Virus record (IMG/VR): IMGVR_UViG_3300032214_001034
Coordinates: 10,469 to 74,468 of that record
Strand: one strand, 5' to 3'
Origin: a virus
DNA: 64,000 bases
Position 1 is the stretch's first letter; every line of letters begins with the position of its first letter. Below are positions 1 through 9,308 of this stretch, piece after piece. The notes below the pieces were generated by a model, which saw only the letters and a program-made list of their open reading frames with translations, had not been told where the DNA came from and made no database searches. Both the position numbers and the translations under genes were made by a program.

Positions 1-7
1 GGGTCAG

Positions 8-265
8 ATGGAGAATGAATTAGAAAAAGCACTAGAAAGCAAATTCTTCTGCCCATCAAGATTTGCACAAGAAATTGAGACATTGGTTCATGTGAACGAT
101 GACATGAACTATATTGATGCAATCATTTTCTTTTGTGAAAAGAATAACATTGATGTTGAATCAGTTCCTAAGTTGATTTCAAAACCACTTAAGGAAAAGA
201 TCAAATATGAAGCGATGGAACTAAACTTTCTGAAGAGGAGCTCTAGAGCGAAACTACCACTTTGA
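8..265 (+). CDS. gp33: Late-transcription coactivator (T4 gp33-like)
   Basis: 85 aa; NYIDAI..FCE.NNID.ESVPKLISKPLKEKIKYEA.ELNFL signature; gp33-gp59-gp32 gene order. Confidence 0.9.
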   Translation: MENELEKALESKFFCPSRFAQEIETLVHVNDDMNYIDAIIFFCEKNNIDVESVPKLISKPLKEKIKYEAMELNFLKRSSRAKLPL

Positions 266-268
266 TGA

Positions 269-865
269 ATGATGCCTTTTGATGCCTACAAATGTTATTT
301 GTCTTTGAAGAATCACTTCACCAAAGACAGTTATGACTATCACAAATATTGTGGTAAAAGTCGTGCGACTGTGCAATCGTTTTACAAACGCAAAGATCGG
401 TTCTGGTTTGAAAAGGTTGCACGAAATAAAAGCGATAAAGAAGTTGTCGATTTCTTTGTATCTAACTTTATCACCTGTACTGATCCAAGTAAACTTTGGA
501 TAGGAGAGATGATACGCGAAGGTGAAAGTAGATACTCTGAGTGGAAGAAAAGAAATCAATCTCTATCTTATGTTTTCCGAGAAGAAACTCAAAGTCTATT
601 TGAGAATAAAAAAGTAGATGATATTTTTGATTGTTCGAAGGGTCATCCACCAGTTTTGAAGAATTTCCTGAACGGGAATATTAGTATAGAAACTCTGGTG
701 ATTTATGATAAGATTTTCCTGTTCGGGAAAAATTTTGATAAGCAATTAAAAGACCCTGTGTGGGAAACCGTCAGTATGAGAATGAAAAAGTATTCTTCGT
801 TTCTAAATATTGATGTGCCACGTTATAAAAACATTTTGAAAGAAGTTGTCTTGGGAGAAAAATGA
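269..865 (+). CDS. gp59: Helicase loader (T4 gp59-like)
   Basis: YLSLKNHF..DYDYHKY.G...SFYKRKDRFWFEK motif; synteny. Confidence 0.9.
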   Translation: MMPFDAYKCYLSLKNHFTKDSYDYHKYCGKSRATVQSFYKRKDRFWFEKVARNKSDKEVVDFFVSNFITCTDPSKLWIGEMIREGESRYSEWKKRNQSLSYVFREETQSLFENKKVDDIFDCSKGHPPVLKNFLNGNISIETLVIYDKIFLFGKNFDKQLKDPVWETVSMRMKKYSSFLNIDVPRYKNILKEVVLGEK

Positions 866-1206
866 GTTTCTTTAAATCTGAAGTTGTTCGTGCCGAGATG
901 GCTGAAATTAGTGAGATGCAAGAAGAAGTTTATTCAAACGTCTTCAAGTTTCCCACGATGACAAAAGAAGATAAACTGAAACATGTTAAACTCCTAGAAA
1001 GACTTCTTGAGAAACAAAAGGTTCTTTATACTCGCTTGAGTTTATCAGATGATCCTGAAGCGATTGAAATGAAGGAAAGAATCACACAATCTGCGTCTAT
1101 GATGGGTCTCCCACCTAACGTTGATATGAATATCATTTTAAATAACATGTCCAAAATGCTTGAGGTGATGAAGGAACAGATTGACAAAACTGGTTCCGAC
1201 CTGTAG
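862..1206 (+). CDS. DUF1825-family protein (cyanobacteria/cyanophage)
   Basis: MSFF.SEVV...LLEKQK..YTRLSLSDDPEA motif. Confidence 0.7.
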   Translation: MSFFKSEVVRAEMAEISEMQEEVYSNVFKFPTMTKEDKLKHVKLLERLLEKQKVLYTRLSLSDDPEAIEMKERITQSASMMGLPPNVDMNIILNNMSKMLEVMKEQIDKTGSDL

Positions 1207-1209
1207 AAT
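1181..1209 (+). promoter_or_regulatory. Sigma70-type early promoter for gp32
   Basis: TTGACA-17 nt-TAGAAT with TG extended -10. Confidence 0.75.
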
Positions 1210-1256
1210 AACAAGGTACACACAAGCCAAATCCGTACAAATCCGAGGTAATCCTA

Positions 1257-2183
1257 ATGTCTTTTGCTGACCTTAAAAAACAATCTTCTCTTGGTTCGCT
1301 GACTTCCAAACTGGTAAAGGAAGTAGAGAAGATGAGTACAACTTCTGGTGGCGCTGATGAGCGTCTCTGGAAACCCGAAATGGATAAAACTGGTAATGGT
1401 TTTGCAGTCATCCGTTTCCTCCCTGCGCCTGAAGGTGAAGAACTTCCCTGGGCAAAGATGTATACCCATGCTTTCCAAAGCAATGGTGGTTGGTATATTG
1501 AGAACTCTCTGACTACTCTTGGTCAGAAAGATCCCGTCTCTGAATACAACCGCGAACTGTGGAACAGTGGTATTGATGCTGATAAAGAAACTGTTCGTAA
1601 GCAGAAGCGTAAACTGTCTTACTACTCCAACATCTATGTGGTGAAGGATCCTACCAATCCTCAGAACGAAGGTAAAGTCTTCCTGTTCAAGTATGGTAAG
1701 AAGATCTTTGACAAGATCATGGAAGCAATGCAACCTGAGTTTGAAGATGAGACTCCTATCAATCCGTTTGATTTCTGGCAAGGTGCAAACTTCAAACTGA
1801 AGATCGTCAAGAAAGACGGTTACTGGAACTATGATAAGTCAGAGTTTGATCGTGTTGCTCCTCTTCTGGACGACGATGATGCTCTGGAAGCAGTTTGGAA
1901 GAAGCAATATTCTCTTGCTGCTGTAACTGCTCCAGATCAGTTCAAGACTTATGAGCAACTGGAAGCACGTCTAAAGATGGTTCTCGGACAGAAAACTTCC
2001 CGTCCTCGTCTGGATGAAGAAGTTGAAGATGAAGATAATGATCGCGGTTCTTATACTCCCGACTTTACTTCACGTCGTTCTGAACTCGAACTTCCTTCTG
2101 TAAGTTCTTCTTCATCCTCTTCTTCTAATGATGAAGATGAAGACGATGCTCTGTCTTACTTCCAGCGTCTTGCTGAAGAGTGA
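1257..2183 (+). CDS. gp32: Single-stranded DNA-binding protein (T4 gp32-like)
   Basis: DERLWKP..DKTGNG.AVIRFLPAP, WYIENSLTT, GANFKLK motifs; acidic tail ending DDALSYFQRLAEE. Confidence 0.95.
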   Translation: MSFADLKKQSSLGSLTSKLVKEVEKMSTTSGGADERLWKPEMDKTGNGFAVIRFLPAPEGEELPWAKMYTHAFQSNGGWYIENSLTTLGQKDPVSEYNRELWNSGIDADKETVRKQKRKLSYYSNIYVVKDPTNPQNEGKVFLFKYGKKIFDKIMEAMQPEFEDETPINPFDFWQGANFKLKIVKKDGYWNYDKSEFDRVAPLLDDDDALEAVWKKQYSLAAVTAPDQFKTYEQLEARLKMVLGQKTSRPRLDEEVEDEDNDRGSYTPDFTSRRSELELPSVSSSSSSSSNDEDEDDALSYFQRLAEE

Positions 2184-2849
2184 TTACTGAAATAGTCTAA
2201 TATTTTCGGCAGTCTTCAAGGTTTCACTCTTATACTGAGTGGAACCTTCTCTGTATGTCATCATATCTTCCATATCATCAAGAACTACATTTAAGTATCT
2301 TGGCTTAAGAATAAAGATATTTCTCTTATCATTTTCCAAACCTTCTTCATACTCATAGTTTGTAACAGATATTACTGGAGTTCTTGTTACATTAGTATCG
2401 GTTAAGAAGTCATAGTATGTTACAGAGTAATCTGATTCAACCTGAAGACCAGCAGGAACGATTACAACATCTTCGCTATTTTTTACTTCTTCAGTTTCAT
2501 AGTGATGAATACCGCTGTAAAGAGTATCATAATTACCATATTTTTCTAAGAGAAAAGAGTCAAAGTCTGTTTGAGACATTGGCCATTCACTTTGGATATT
2601 AATGATGTTGTTTGTAATTAGAACAACCCAATCTAAAGTAGAGTCTCCATAGACATTAGCAGCAACATTATCTGGTCTATCATTACCTTCAATTTTATAT
2701 TTGGTGAAGAAAGATAGGTTCTGGAAAATATCCTCTCTTAAGACACCCCTTTTAAATAAATTCTTTACACGAACATAATCAGATATTTTGGCATTTGGAA
2801 GTCTGCTGACATATTCAAAATCTGGAAGTCTTTGAAAGTAGTTTGACAT
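2184..2849 (-). CDS. gp53: Baseplate wedge subunit (gp53-like)
   Basis: YF..LP, RPD.VA..VYGDS.LDWVVL..NNI..I..EWP, IHHYET, NYEYE...ND.KR.I motifs. Confidence 0.85.
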   Translation of the reverse strand: MSNYFQRLPDFEYVSRLPNAKISDYVRVKNLFKRGVLREDIFQNLSFFTKYKIEGNDRPDNVAANVYGDSTLDWVVLITNNIINIQSEWPMSQTDFDSFLLEKYGNYDTLYSGIHHYETEEVKNSEDVVIVPAGLQVESDYSVTYYDFLTDTNVTRTPVISVTNYEYEEGLENDKRNIFILKPRYLNVVLDDMEDMMTYREGSTQYKSETLKTAENIRLFQ

Positions 2850-2850
2850 T

Positions 2851-4269
2851 TTAGTAACCTATTTCTAAATCTGTTCCATTACCACCAGAACCTTGACCAT
2901 AATCTTCATTAAATACTGGTTCGAGTTCTTGCAATTGCATGGTCATCTCATATGAAACTAAAACACCATCTCTAAAAGTTGCATATTGACCTTCTGGTGT
3001 ATAGTTTACAGTAAAACTTTGTAAAGCACATTCTTTAATCTTACCTATGTATGGATGATCTTTTCCATTTGCTCCTAGGTGTAAATATTGAACTCTAAAA
3101 GTGTGTGGGGCTTTTAAGAAAAGGTTTGAAGCAGATTTTTGAGGTGACATACCTTGTTTAAAAAATCTAATAATAGAAATTATTTGACTTGCTTCATCAG
3201 AATTTCTTGCTGACATTTTAAAGGTAAAATTAAAAGGTCTTAGAGTGGGACCTTGAAATAATAATTCCATATTTGGGTTGAGAACTGCGCCTTGAGTTCT
3301 AGAAAGAAGACTTCCAGCATCTGTTCCAACTGCAGCTGCACCAAATAAACCAGCTAATCCAGTTCCTACCTCTCCAGAATTTTCTGATATTGCTTGCGCT
3401 CCTTCGCCAACTTTATCTGCAGCTGCACCAAGACCTTTGGTAATTCCTTCTAGCGCCACATTCGCAGCAAAAGCTTTGGCAGCATCTAAATCTCCACCAT
3501 TCCACGAGACAGCATTTGTGTCGGATATTCCAGATGGTATGGGTAAAACTACATAACCAATACCTTTTCTATTAGAATCTCTTTCCGAAAATCCTCCTAG
3601 ATTGGATTCAGTAAGATTGGCAAATTTCTTAGGTTCGTATTTTAGCATTGTGAATTTAATCACATCTTGCTTTGTTTCTGCAATATCAATGGGATACTTT
3701 AATTCGGGAAATTGATTTCTTGTTTTATCACTACCTTCTACTGCTGCTGGCAAATCAACTGGTTGTGAAGTATCCCCAGTATCTGTAGCACCATCAGCAC
3801 CATTTCCTTTTGCCGAATCAACTATCTTTGCTTTATCTTGGGGTTTAGTTATTCCCGCTTTTTTAAGGGCATCACTAACATTTTTGTCAACATTTTTATG
3901 AATTGCTCCATTTGGATTTTGCAATTCTTTTTGTAATCCTACTCCAGCAACCCCAGCCATTGTTGGATAGTTTGGATCAGAAAAACTATAGGTTTTTCCT
4001 CCGTCTTTTGTAATTGCTGCTGGTTGCCAACTACCATTTTTTTCAATATAAACTACAGTTTCTCCGCCACTAATATTTCCAGCACCATCTTGCTTTATTG
4101 TTGTGGTAGTTCTGTGATATATTCCAGTTCCCCCAGTAGTTTCTGTCACTGGTTTAGTGGAACCTTGAGTTCCTGGAACTACCCTTTGTACAGTTCTGGT
4201 TGTTGCGCCCACAAAAGTTCTTGCCTGATCACTACAAATTGCTCCTGCAGGACAAGTAAATGACGCCAT
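2851..4269 (-). CDS. gp48: Baseplate tail-tube cap (gp48-like)
   Basis: C-terminal LNPNMELLFQGPTLRPFNFTFKM..R...E, CALQSFTVNYTPEG..LQELEP. Confidence 0.8.
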   Translation of the reverse strand: MASFTCPAGAICSDQARTFVGATTRTVQRVVPGTQGSTKPVTETTGGTGIYHRTTTTIKQDGAGNISGGETVVYIEKNGSWQPAAITKDGGKTYSFSDPNYPTMAGVAGVGLQKELQNPNGAIHKNVDKNVSDALKKAGITKPQDKAKIVDSAKGNGADGATDTGDTSQPVDLPAAVEGSDKTRNQFPELKYPIDIAETKQDVIKFTMLKYEPKKFANLTESNLGGFSERDSNRKGIGYVVLPIPSGISDTNAVSWNGGDLDAAKAFAANVALEGITKGLGAAADKVGEGAQAISENSGEVGTGLAGLFGAAAVGTDAGSLLSRTQGAVLNPNMELLFQGPTLRPFNFTFKMSARNSDEASQIISIIRFFKQGMSPQKSASNLFLKAPHTFRVQYLHLGANGKDHPYIGKIKECALQSFTVNYTPEGQYATFRDGVLVSYEMTMQLQELEPVFNEDYGQGSGGNGTDLEIGY

Positions 4270-4294
4270 CGGATATACTTCTAAACAAAATCCT

Positions 4295-4684
4295 TTATTT
4301 ATTTAGACGAAACTTCCCATACTGTAATGATAATAATTCGTCAAGCTCACTATATTTTACGACGTGAAGTTTTCCTGCGACTTCTTCCCAAGTATATTGT
4401 CTTCCTTGTCTCCAATGGAAATTGATTCCTTTAAATCCCCACCTTTCTAATGATGTGCAAGCAATCAAAGGATGTTGATCATATTCGATGTTTGGTGTTT
4501 TGGGATTGTATATAAAGGTATAAAACTTTCCTGGTTCTGGATATAAAACTTCTTCTGTAAATATACTCATAATCATCAGCATAATTTCTTCCGGATCTTT
4601 TGTTCCAGACTCTTCAACTCTTCTTATAAGTTGTCTTGTTCTTGCTGTTCCGGTGCCTTTATACTTACCAAAACCTTCAGCCAT
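4295..4684 (-). CDS. gp2: DNA end protector-like protein (gp2-like)
   Basis: PGKFYTFIY.PKT....YDQHPLI...GF.GINFHW resembles gp2 core; adjacent to gp4. Confidence 0.6.
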   Translation of the reverse strand: MAEGFGKYKGTGTARTRQLIRRVEESGTKDPEEIMLMIMSIFTEEVLYPEPGKFYTFIYNPKTPNIEYDQHPLIACTSLERWGFKGINFHWRQGRQYTWEEVAGKLHVVKYSELDELLSLQYGKFRLNK

Positions 4685-5127
4685 TACTTGATCCCCAGCT
4701 CTTCTTCTGTGATGATCTTAAACTCAATTAATCTGTCATCGCAAAATTCTTTCGCTGCTTTCCACTTTGCTTTATTAACTTCATAGGTGACGCACTCGTG
4801 AATATATGATTTTGTCACTCTAGATTTTTTCACAGGTGGTTTAGTTTGCTTCTTTGGTTTAACTTCAACAATATATGTTTTAACTTGTCCTGTGCTCTCC
4901 TTCACTTTGATAATAAAGTCTGGAAAATATCTATGAACACGATTGTCAACTGGTGAGATATACGGAATTGAAAATTCTTCACTTCCCCATTCAAGAATAC
5001 TTTCATTCAAGTCACACCAACGACAAAATTTTCTTTCCCAACTACTGCGACAAATAATATTATTTGGATTACCTTTGTACTTTTTAGGAAAGGATGGATA
5101 GTATTTGCTTTTAATACTTTCTGCCAT
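4684..5127 (-). CDS. gp4: Head completion nuclease (gp4-like)
   Basis: KY.GN..NIICRSSWE.KF..WCD, W.SEE..IPY.SP.D...HRYFPDF, EVKP..QT motifs. Confidence 0.9.
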   Translation of the reverse strand: MAESIKSKYYPSFPKKYKGNPNNIICRSSWERKFCRWCDLNESILEWGSEEFSIPYISPVDNRVHRYFPDFIIKVKESTGQVKTYIVEVKPKKQTKPPVKKSRVTKSYIHECVTYEVNKAKWKAAKEFCDDRLIEFKIITEEELGIK

Positions 5128-5150
5128 ACATAATATATAAGGTCAAAAAG

Positions 5151-5158
5151 TATTTATA
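5151..5158 (-). promoter_or_regulatory. T4-type late promoter for the minus-strand gp4-gp2-gp48-gp53 block
   Basis: TATTTATA on + strand = TATAAATA on - strand, just upstream of the gp4 start. Confidence 0.7.
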
Positions 5159-5159
5159 A

Positions 5160-6011
5160 ATGCCTTCAACAAGAAGCATTGCTGATATAAAATCAGCACT
5201 ATTAAATCCAGCAACTACTTCTCACTTTGAGGTTAAAATTCCTTTTCCCACAGGAGCTCGCGCAGACTCTCAGTTTTGGAAGGATAATGGTGTTAAACTT
5301 GATCAAGATAAAATGCAATTGATGTGTCATGAAGCAACTTTACCTGGATCTAATCTTGCTACTTTAGAACTAACAAATGATCATACTGGTGTAACGGAAA
5401 GACACGCATACCGAAGGGTTTATGATGACAGAATTGATTTAAGTTTTTATGTGGATGCAGAAAATTATTTACCTATTAGATTTTTTGAAACTTGGATAAA
5501 ATATACTGCGTTTGAAAGCAAAGCAACTGATTCTGCTATAGGTGCAAGCCTTAGAAGTGATAATTATTTTTATCGTTTCAGATATAGGGATGAATATGTT
5601 GCAAAACAAGGTTTGGAAGTAACTAAATTTGAAAGAAGTAGTTACGCAGGAGCAAAGGGAAGACGTGCAACAGCATTAACATATAAGTTTGTTAATGCTT
5701 TTCCGATTAGCTTGAGTTCTATGCCAGTTTCATATGATAGTTCTAGTCTTTTAAAGTGTACTGTTAGTATGAGTTATATTAGATATTACATTGATGAAAC
5801 AGTTGATGAAAGTTCATCTAGTTCTTCTACACCACAACAACAAGCACAATTCAATTCAAGCAATTTGAGTATTCCTGGTCTTGAAGGTGTAAATGCTTTC
5901 ACAACTCCAGTAAATGGATTTAATCTTGGTGGTATTTCTCAATCATCTGCTAATGCTTCTGGAAATACAGTTTCTGGATTTACTGTTGGAGCGAACTCAA
6001 ATATTGGATAA
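5160..6011 (+). CDS. Baseplate tail-tube initiator / tube-fold protein (gp54-like)
   Basis: C..A.LPG....T, I.LSFYVD......FFE.W, Y.F.NAFP.S.S...VSY tube-fold motifs; position before gp26. Confidence 0.65.
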   Translation: MPSTRSIADIKSALLNPATTSHFEVKIPFPTGARADSQFWKDNGVKLDQDKMQLMCHEATLPGSNLATLELTNDHTGVTERHAYRRVYDDRIDLSFYVDAENYLPIRFFETWIKYTAFESKATDSAIGASLRSDNYFYRFRYRDEYVAKQGLEVTKFERSSYAGAKGRRATALTYKFVNAFPISLSSMPVSYDSSSLLKCTVSMSYIRYYIDETVDESSSSSSTPQQQAQFNSSNLSIPGLEGVNAFTTPVNGFNLGGISQSSANASGNTVSGFTVGANSNIG

Positions 6012-6044
6012 TAAATAATCACACTGAACATTCTATAGGACATT

Positions 6045-6764
6045 ATGCCTTTACCTAAGATTGCTACACCAACTTATGAACTTGAATTGCCATCAACAGG
6101 AGAGACAATTCAATATAGACCGTTCCTAGTCAAGGAAGAAAAATTGCTTGTAATTGCTCTAGAGAGTGAAGATAATAAGCAAATTACAACAGCAATCAAA
6201 ACTGTAATCAAGAACTGTATTCTTACAAAGAATATTAAAGTAGAATCACTTCCTACCTTTGATATTGAATATTTGTTTCTTAATATTCGCGGTAAGTCTG
6301 TTGGGGAAGAACTTGATGTAAATATTATCTGTCCAGATGACGGTGAAACGGAAGTTCCTGTCAAGATTAATCTTGATGATATTAAAGTTCAAAAGAATGA
6401 TGAGCATTCGAATAAGATTAAACTTGATAATTCAATTATGATGGAAATGAAATATCCATCTTTGGACCAATTTATTAAGAATAATTTTGATTTTGATAAT
6501 AAGAATGCAATGGATCAATCGTTTGAACTGATTGGTTCGTGTATTGATAAAATCTACACAGAAGATGAAGTCTGGGCAACAGCAGATGTTTCTAAAAAAG
6601 AACTAAATGAGTTCTTGGAGTCTATGAACTCTTCTCAGTTTAAAGATATTGAGAAGTTCTTTGAAACGATGCCTAAACTTTCTCATACTGTTAAAGTTAC
6701 TAATCCCAAAACAAAAGTTGAAAGTGAAGTTGTTCTTGAGGGCTTAGCGTCTTTTTTCGCGTAG
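6045..6764 (+). CDS. gp26: Baseplate hub subunit (gp26-like)
   Basis: MPLPKI.TPTYELELPS, YRPFLVKEEK.L, DIEYLFL.IRGKSVGE, FFETMPKL. Confidence 0.9.
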   Translation: MPLPKIATPTYELELPSTGETIQYRPFLVKEEKLLVIALESEDNKQITTAIKTVIKNCILTKNIKVESLPTFDIEYLFLNIRGKSVGEELDVNIICPDDGETEVPVKINLDDIKVQKNDEHSNKIKLDNSIMMEMKYPSLDQFIKNNFDFDNKNAMDQSFELIGSCIDKIYTEDEVWATADVSKKELNEFLESMNSSQFKDIEKFFETMPKLSHTVKVTNPKTKVESEVVLEGLASFFA

Positions 6765-6766
6765 CA

Positions 6767-6955
6767 ATGGTCCATATGGACCTTGAGAATTATTTCCGTC
6801 TCAACTTTTCCTTAATGCAGTACCATAAATATTCATTAACGGAGATTGAAAATTGGATGCCTTGGGAAAGAGACATCTATGTTGGATTATTGCAACAGCA
6901 TCTTGAAGAAGAGCAATTAAAACAACAGCAGCAGATGAGTAATGCCCACTTCTAA
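6767..6955 (+). CDS. gp51: Baseplate hub assembly protein (gp51-like)
   Basis: NF.LMQYHKYSLTEIEN.MPWERDIY motif. Confidence 0.8.
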   Translation: MVHMDLENYFRLNFSLMQYHKYSLTEIENWMPWERDIYVGLLQQHLEEEQLKQQQQMSNAHF

Positions 6956-9302
6956 GGAACTAAAAGATTTAGATTCACAACTTAAGAAGACAGTCATCTC
7001 TGCTGAAAGTTTCAAGAGAGGGAGTTCTCTTGACTCATCAAAAAGTATTGCCAATATTCACAAAACAATAGGAAATCTTGCTGGACATACAAGAAAACTT
7101 GCTGTTCGTTTTATTGATCTAGAAAAGGTTGTTGAAAATAATTCAAAAAAGATTACAAGTCTCAAAAATCTTTCTCAATCCCAAGGTAAAAGAATAAGTG
7201 GTGAAAATATTGGTGCGAAATTACCGGGTGGCACTACCTCAAATGTAGAAGATAGTATCTCTGCGATTGCAAAGTCTGTAAACTCCATTGCAGAGATATT
7301 GGTAGGAAGAAAGAAACTTACAGATGATACTGCTGCTTATGAAAGAAGAAAGTCGGAACAGGAAAAGAGAGCACTTGCTGAAAGTAAGTTAGAAACTGTA
7401 TTCAGCGGCATTGCTAAAACTGCAGAAAAAATTATAGCACCTGTTAAAAGTATCCTTGATAGGATATTAGAATTTATTGGAACTGTTATTCTAGGAAGGA
7501 TAGTTTTTAAAATTATTGAGTGGTTTGGAAAGAAAGAAAATCAAGAAAAATTACAATCACTTATTCGTTTCTTTAAGGATCATTGGCCAAAACTTCTTGC
7601 TTTATACCTTGTATTTGGTAATTCATTTGGACGATTTGTTTTTAGTTTAACAAAGACTTTAATTGGTGGTGCAGTTAAACTTGGTATTGCGATTGCTAAA
7701 CTATTAGCAGCGAAAAAAGTAGCGGGTGCTAAAGGTGTAGCAAAGTTTCTTGGTAAGCGTGGTGGTCTTATTGGTGCTGGACTAGCAACCGCTGTTACGG
7801 TTGGTGGTGCATTAGCAGCAACTAATGCTCTTAAAGGTGGAGAAGAGAAACCAAAAACTCAAAAGTTTTCTGGTGGTGGATTAGCAATCCCAAAATTTAG
7901 TGGTGGAGGATTTAACTTCAAAGGCATGATGGGTGGCGCTGGAATGGGCGCTATGTTTGGACCTCTTGGTATGCTTCTTGGTGGTGCATTTGGTTCTGGA
8001 AAACCACAACAAATGATGAGTGGATTTGTAAGTGGGGAGAAGGGTGTAGATAAAGTCCCTGCGATGCTTAGTGATGGTGAGTTTGTTATGTCTCGCGGTG
8101 CTGTCGCAAAGTATGGTGTTGGTACTTTGGAAGCAATGAACGCTGCTGGTGGTGGAACAAACAAACCAAAAATTATGAGCGGAACTGCTTTTGCTCAGGG
8201 TGGCGGTTATATTACAACCAAGGAAGAAAAGAAGGAGAAGGTAAAAGATCCTATACTAGAGAAAAGACAGAAAGAACTTGACAAATTATCAAATGCAGCA
8301 TCGTTTGGTAATTACAGTGATGTTGAAATGGACGCTAATAAATCCGTCTTGATTGATAAAAGATTAAAGAGAATAGAATCTCAAATGCAAGTTCAAAGAG
8401 CACTTGCATCAGGAAAAGGAATTTCTGTTAAAGGAGCAACTTTTGGTACTGATATTGGTACTGGATATGGTGCAAAGTATAAAGGAAGAGATGCTATAAA
8501 AGTAAAACTCCCTCCAGGTGGAAGTTATGAACCACAAATAACACTTGCAGGCAAAATATATTATGCTATGAAGCAGGGAGATAATATAGTATACACTGCT
8601 CAAGACTCTAGAGATGTTGGTGGTGGAGGAATATTCAAACCAGGTGGGATGTTTGGTGGACCAAGAATGTCCGCTAGACAAAACTACGCTGCATCAAAAG
8701 GAAAATATTATGATCCTCGTGACCGAAAAACGTATGCAAGTAAAAATGATGCTGACTCTGCTTACAAATCCAGGATGACTAATTTAGCATCTCAACAAAG
8801 ACTTATTAAGTTGAGTGGTCAGGGTGGAACAGGAGGTAGGAGTGGTATTAGATATGATACTGAAATGGAAGCGTTTCAAAACGAACAGGAAAAGAGAGGT
8901 GGTATTATTGGTCAGTTAAGTAGATGGAGTCAAAGAGCATTTGGTGGAAATGAAGCAAGAGAGAGATTAGATGCGGAACATAAAGCATCTCAGGCAAGAA
9001 TAAAACAAAAAGGTGCAGAATCCATTGGTAGATACTATTCATCCTCTGATGGAAAGTATTATAAAGATTATGCTGCTGCAAAGAAAGCAAGAGATTTGAG
9101 ACTTGCTCAACAACAAAAGAGATCGGCACCAGGAATAACTCCTTCACCAAAACCACAGCAACAGACATATTCTCAGAGAATGAAAGCACGTCAAGATGCT
9201 AGAAGAGGTGGAGCACCAGCAGCACCTAAAACTCCTAACTTTGGTGCAACTAATCCTGCAGCAAGCAGTGCAAAGTCTAAAACTCTTGGAGTTAAGGGGT
9301 AA
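6942..9302 (+). CDS. Tape-measure-like / baseplate-hub protein
   Basis: Helical N-terminus, hydrophobic segments, F.GGG repeats and G.KG.DKVPAMLSDGEFVM motif typical of tape-measure C-termini. Confidence 0.5.
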   Translation: MPTSKELKDLDSQLKKTVISAESFKRGSSLDSSKSIANIHKTIGNLAGHTRKLAVRFIDLEKVVENNSKKITSLKNLSQSQGKRISGENIGAKLPGGTTSNVEDSISAIAKSVNSIAEILVGRKKLTDDTAAYERRKSEQEKRALAESKLETVFSGIAKTAEKIIAPVKSILDRILEFIGTVILGRIVFKIIEWFGKKENQEKLQSLIRFFKDHWPKLLALYLVFGNSFGRFVFSLTKTLIGGAVKLGIAIAKLLAAKKVAGAKGVAKFLGKRGGLIGAGLATAVTVGGALAATNALKGGEEKPKTQKFSGGGLAIPKFSGGGFNFKGMMGGAGMGAMFGPLGMLLGGAFGSGKPQQMMSGFVSGEKGVDKVPAMLSDGEFVMSRGAVAKYGVGTLEAMNAAGGGTNKPKIMSGTAFAQGGGYITTKEEKKEKVKDPILEKRQKELDKLSNAASFGNYSDVEMDANKSVLIDKRLKRIESQMQVQRALASGKGISVKGATFGTDIGTGYGAKYKGRDAIKVKLPPGGSYEPQITLAGKIYYAMKQGDNIVYTAQDSRDVGGGGIFKPGGMFGGPRMSARQNYAASKGKYYDPRDRKTYASKNDADSAYKSRMTNLASQQRLIKLSGQGGTGGRSGIRYDTEMEAFQNEQEKRGGIIGQLSRWSQRAFGGNEARERLDAEHKASQARIKQKGAESIGRYYSSSDGKYYKDYAAAKKARDLRLAQQQKRSAPGITPSPKPQQQTYSQRMKARQDARRGGAPAAPKTPNFGATNPAASSAKSKTLGVKG

Positions 9303-9308
9303 TAACAA

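Noticed and set aside
2096-2126. TCT-type microsatellite in gp32
   Set aside because: Encodes an ordinary Ser-rich linker before the acidic tail
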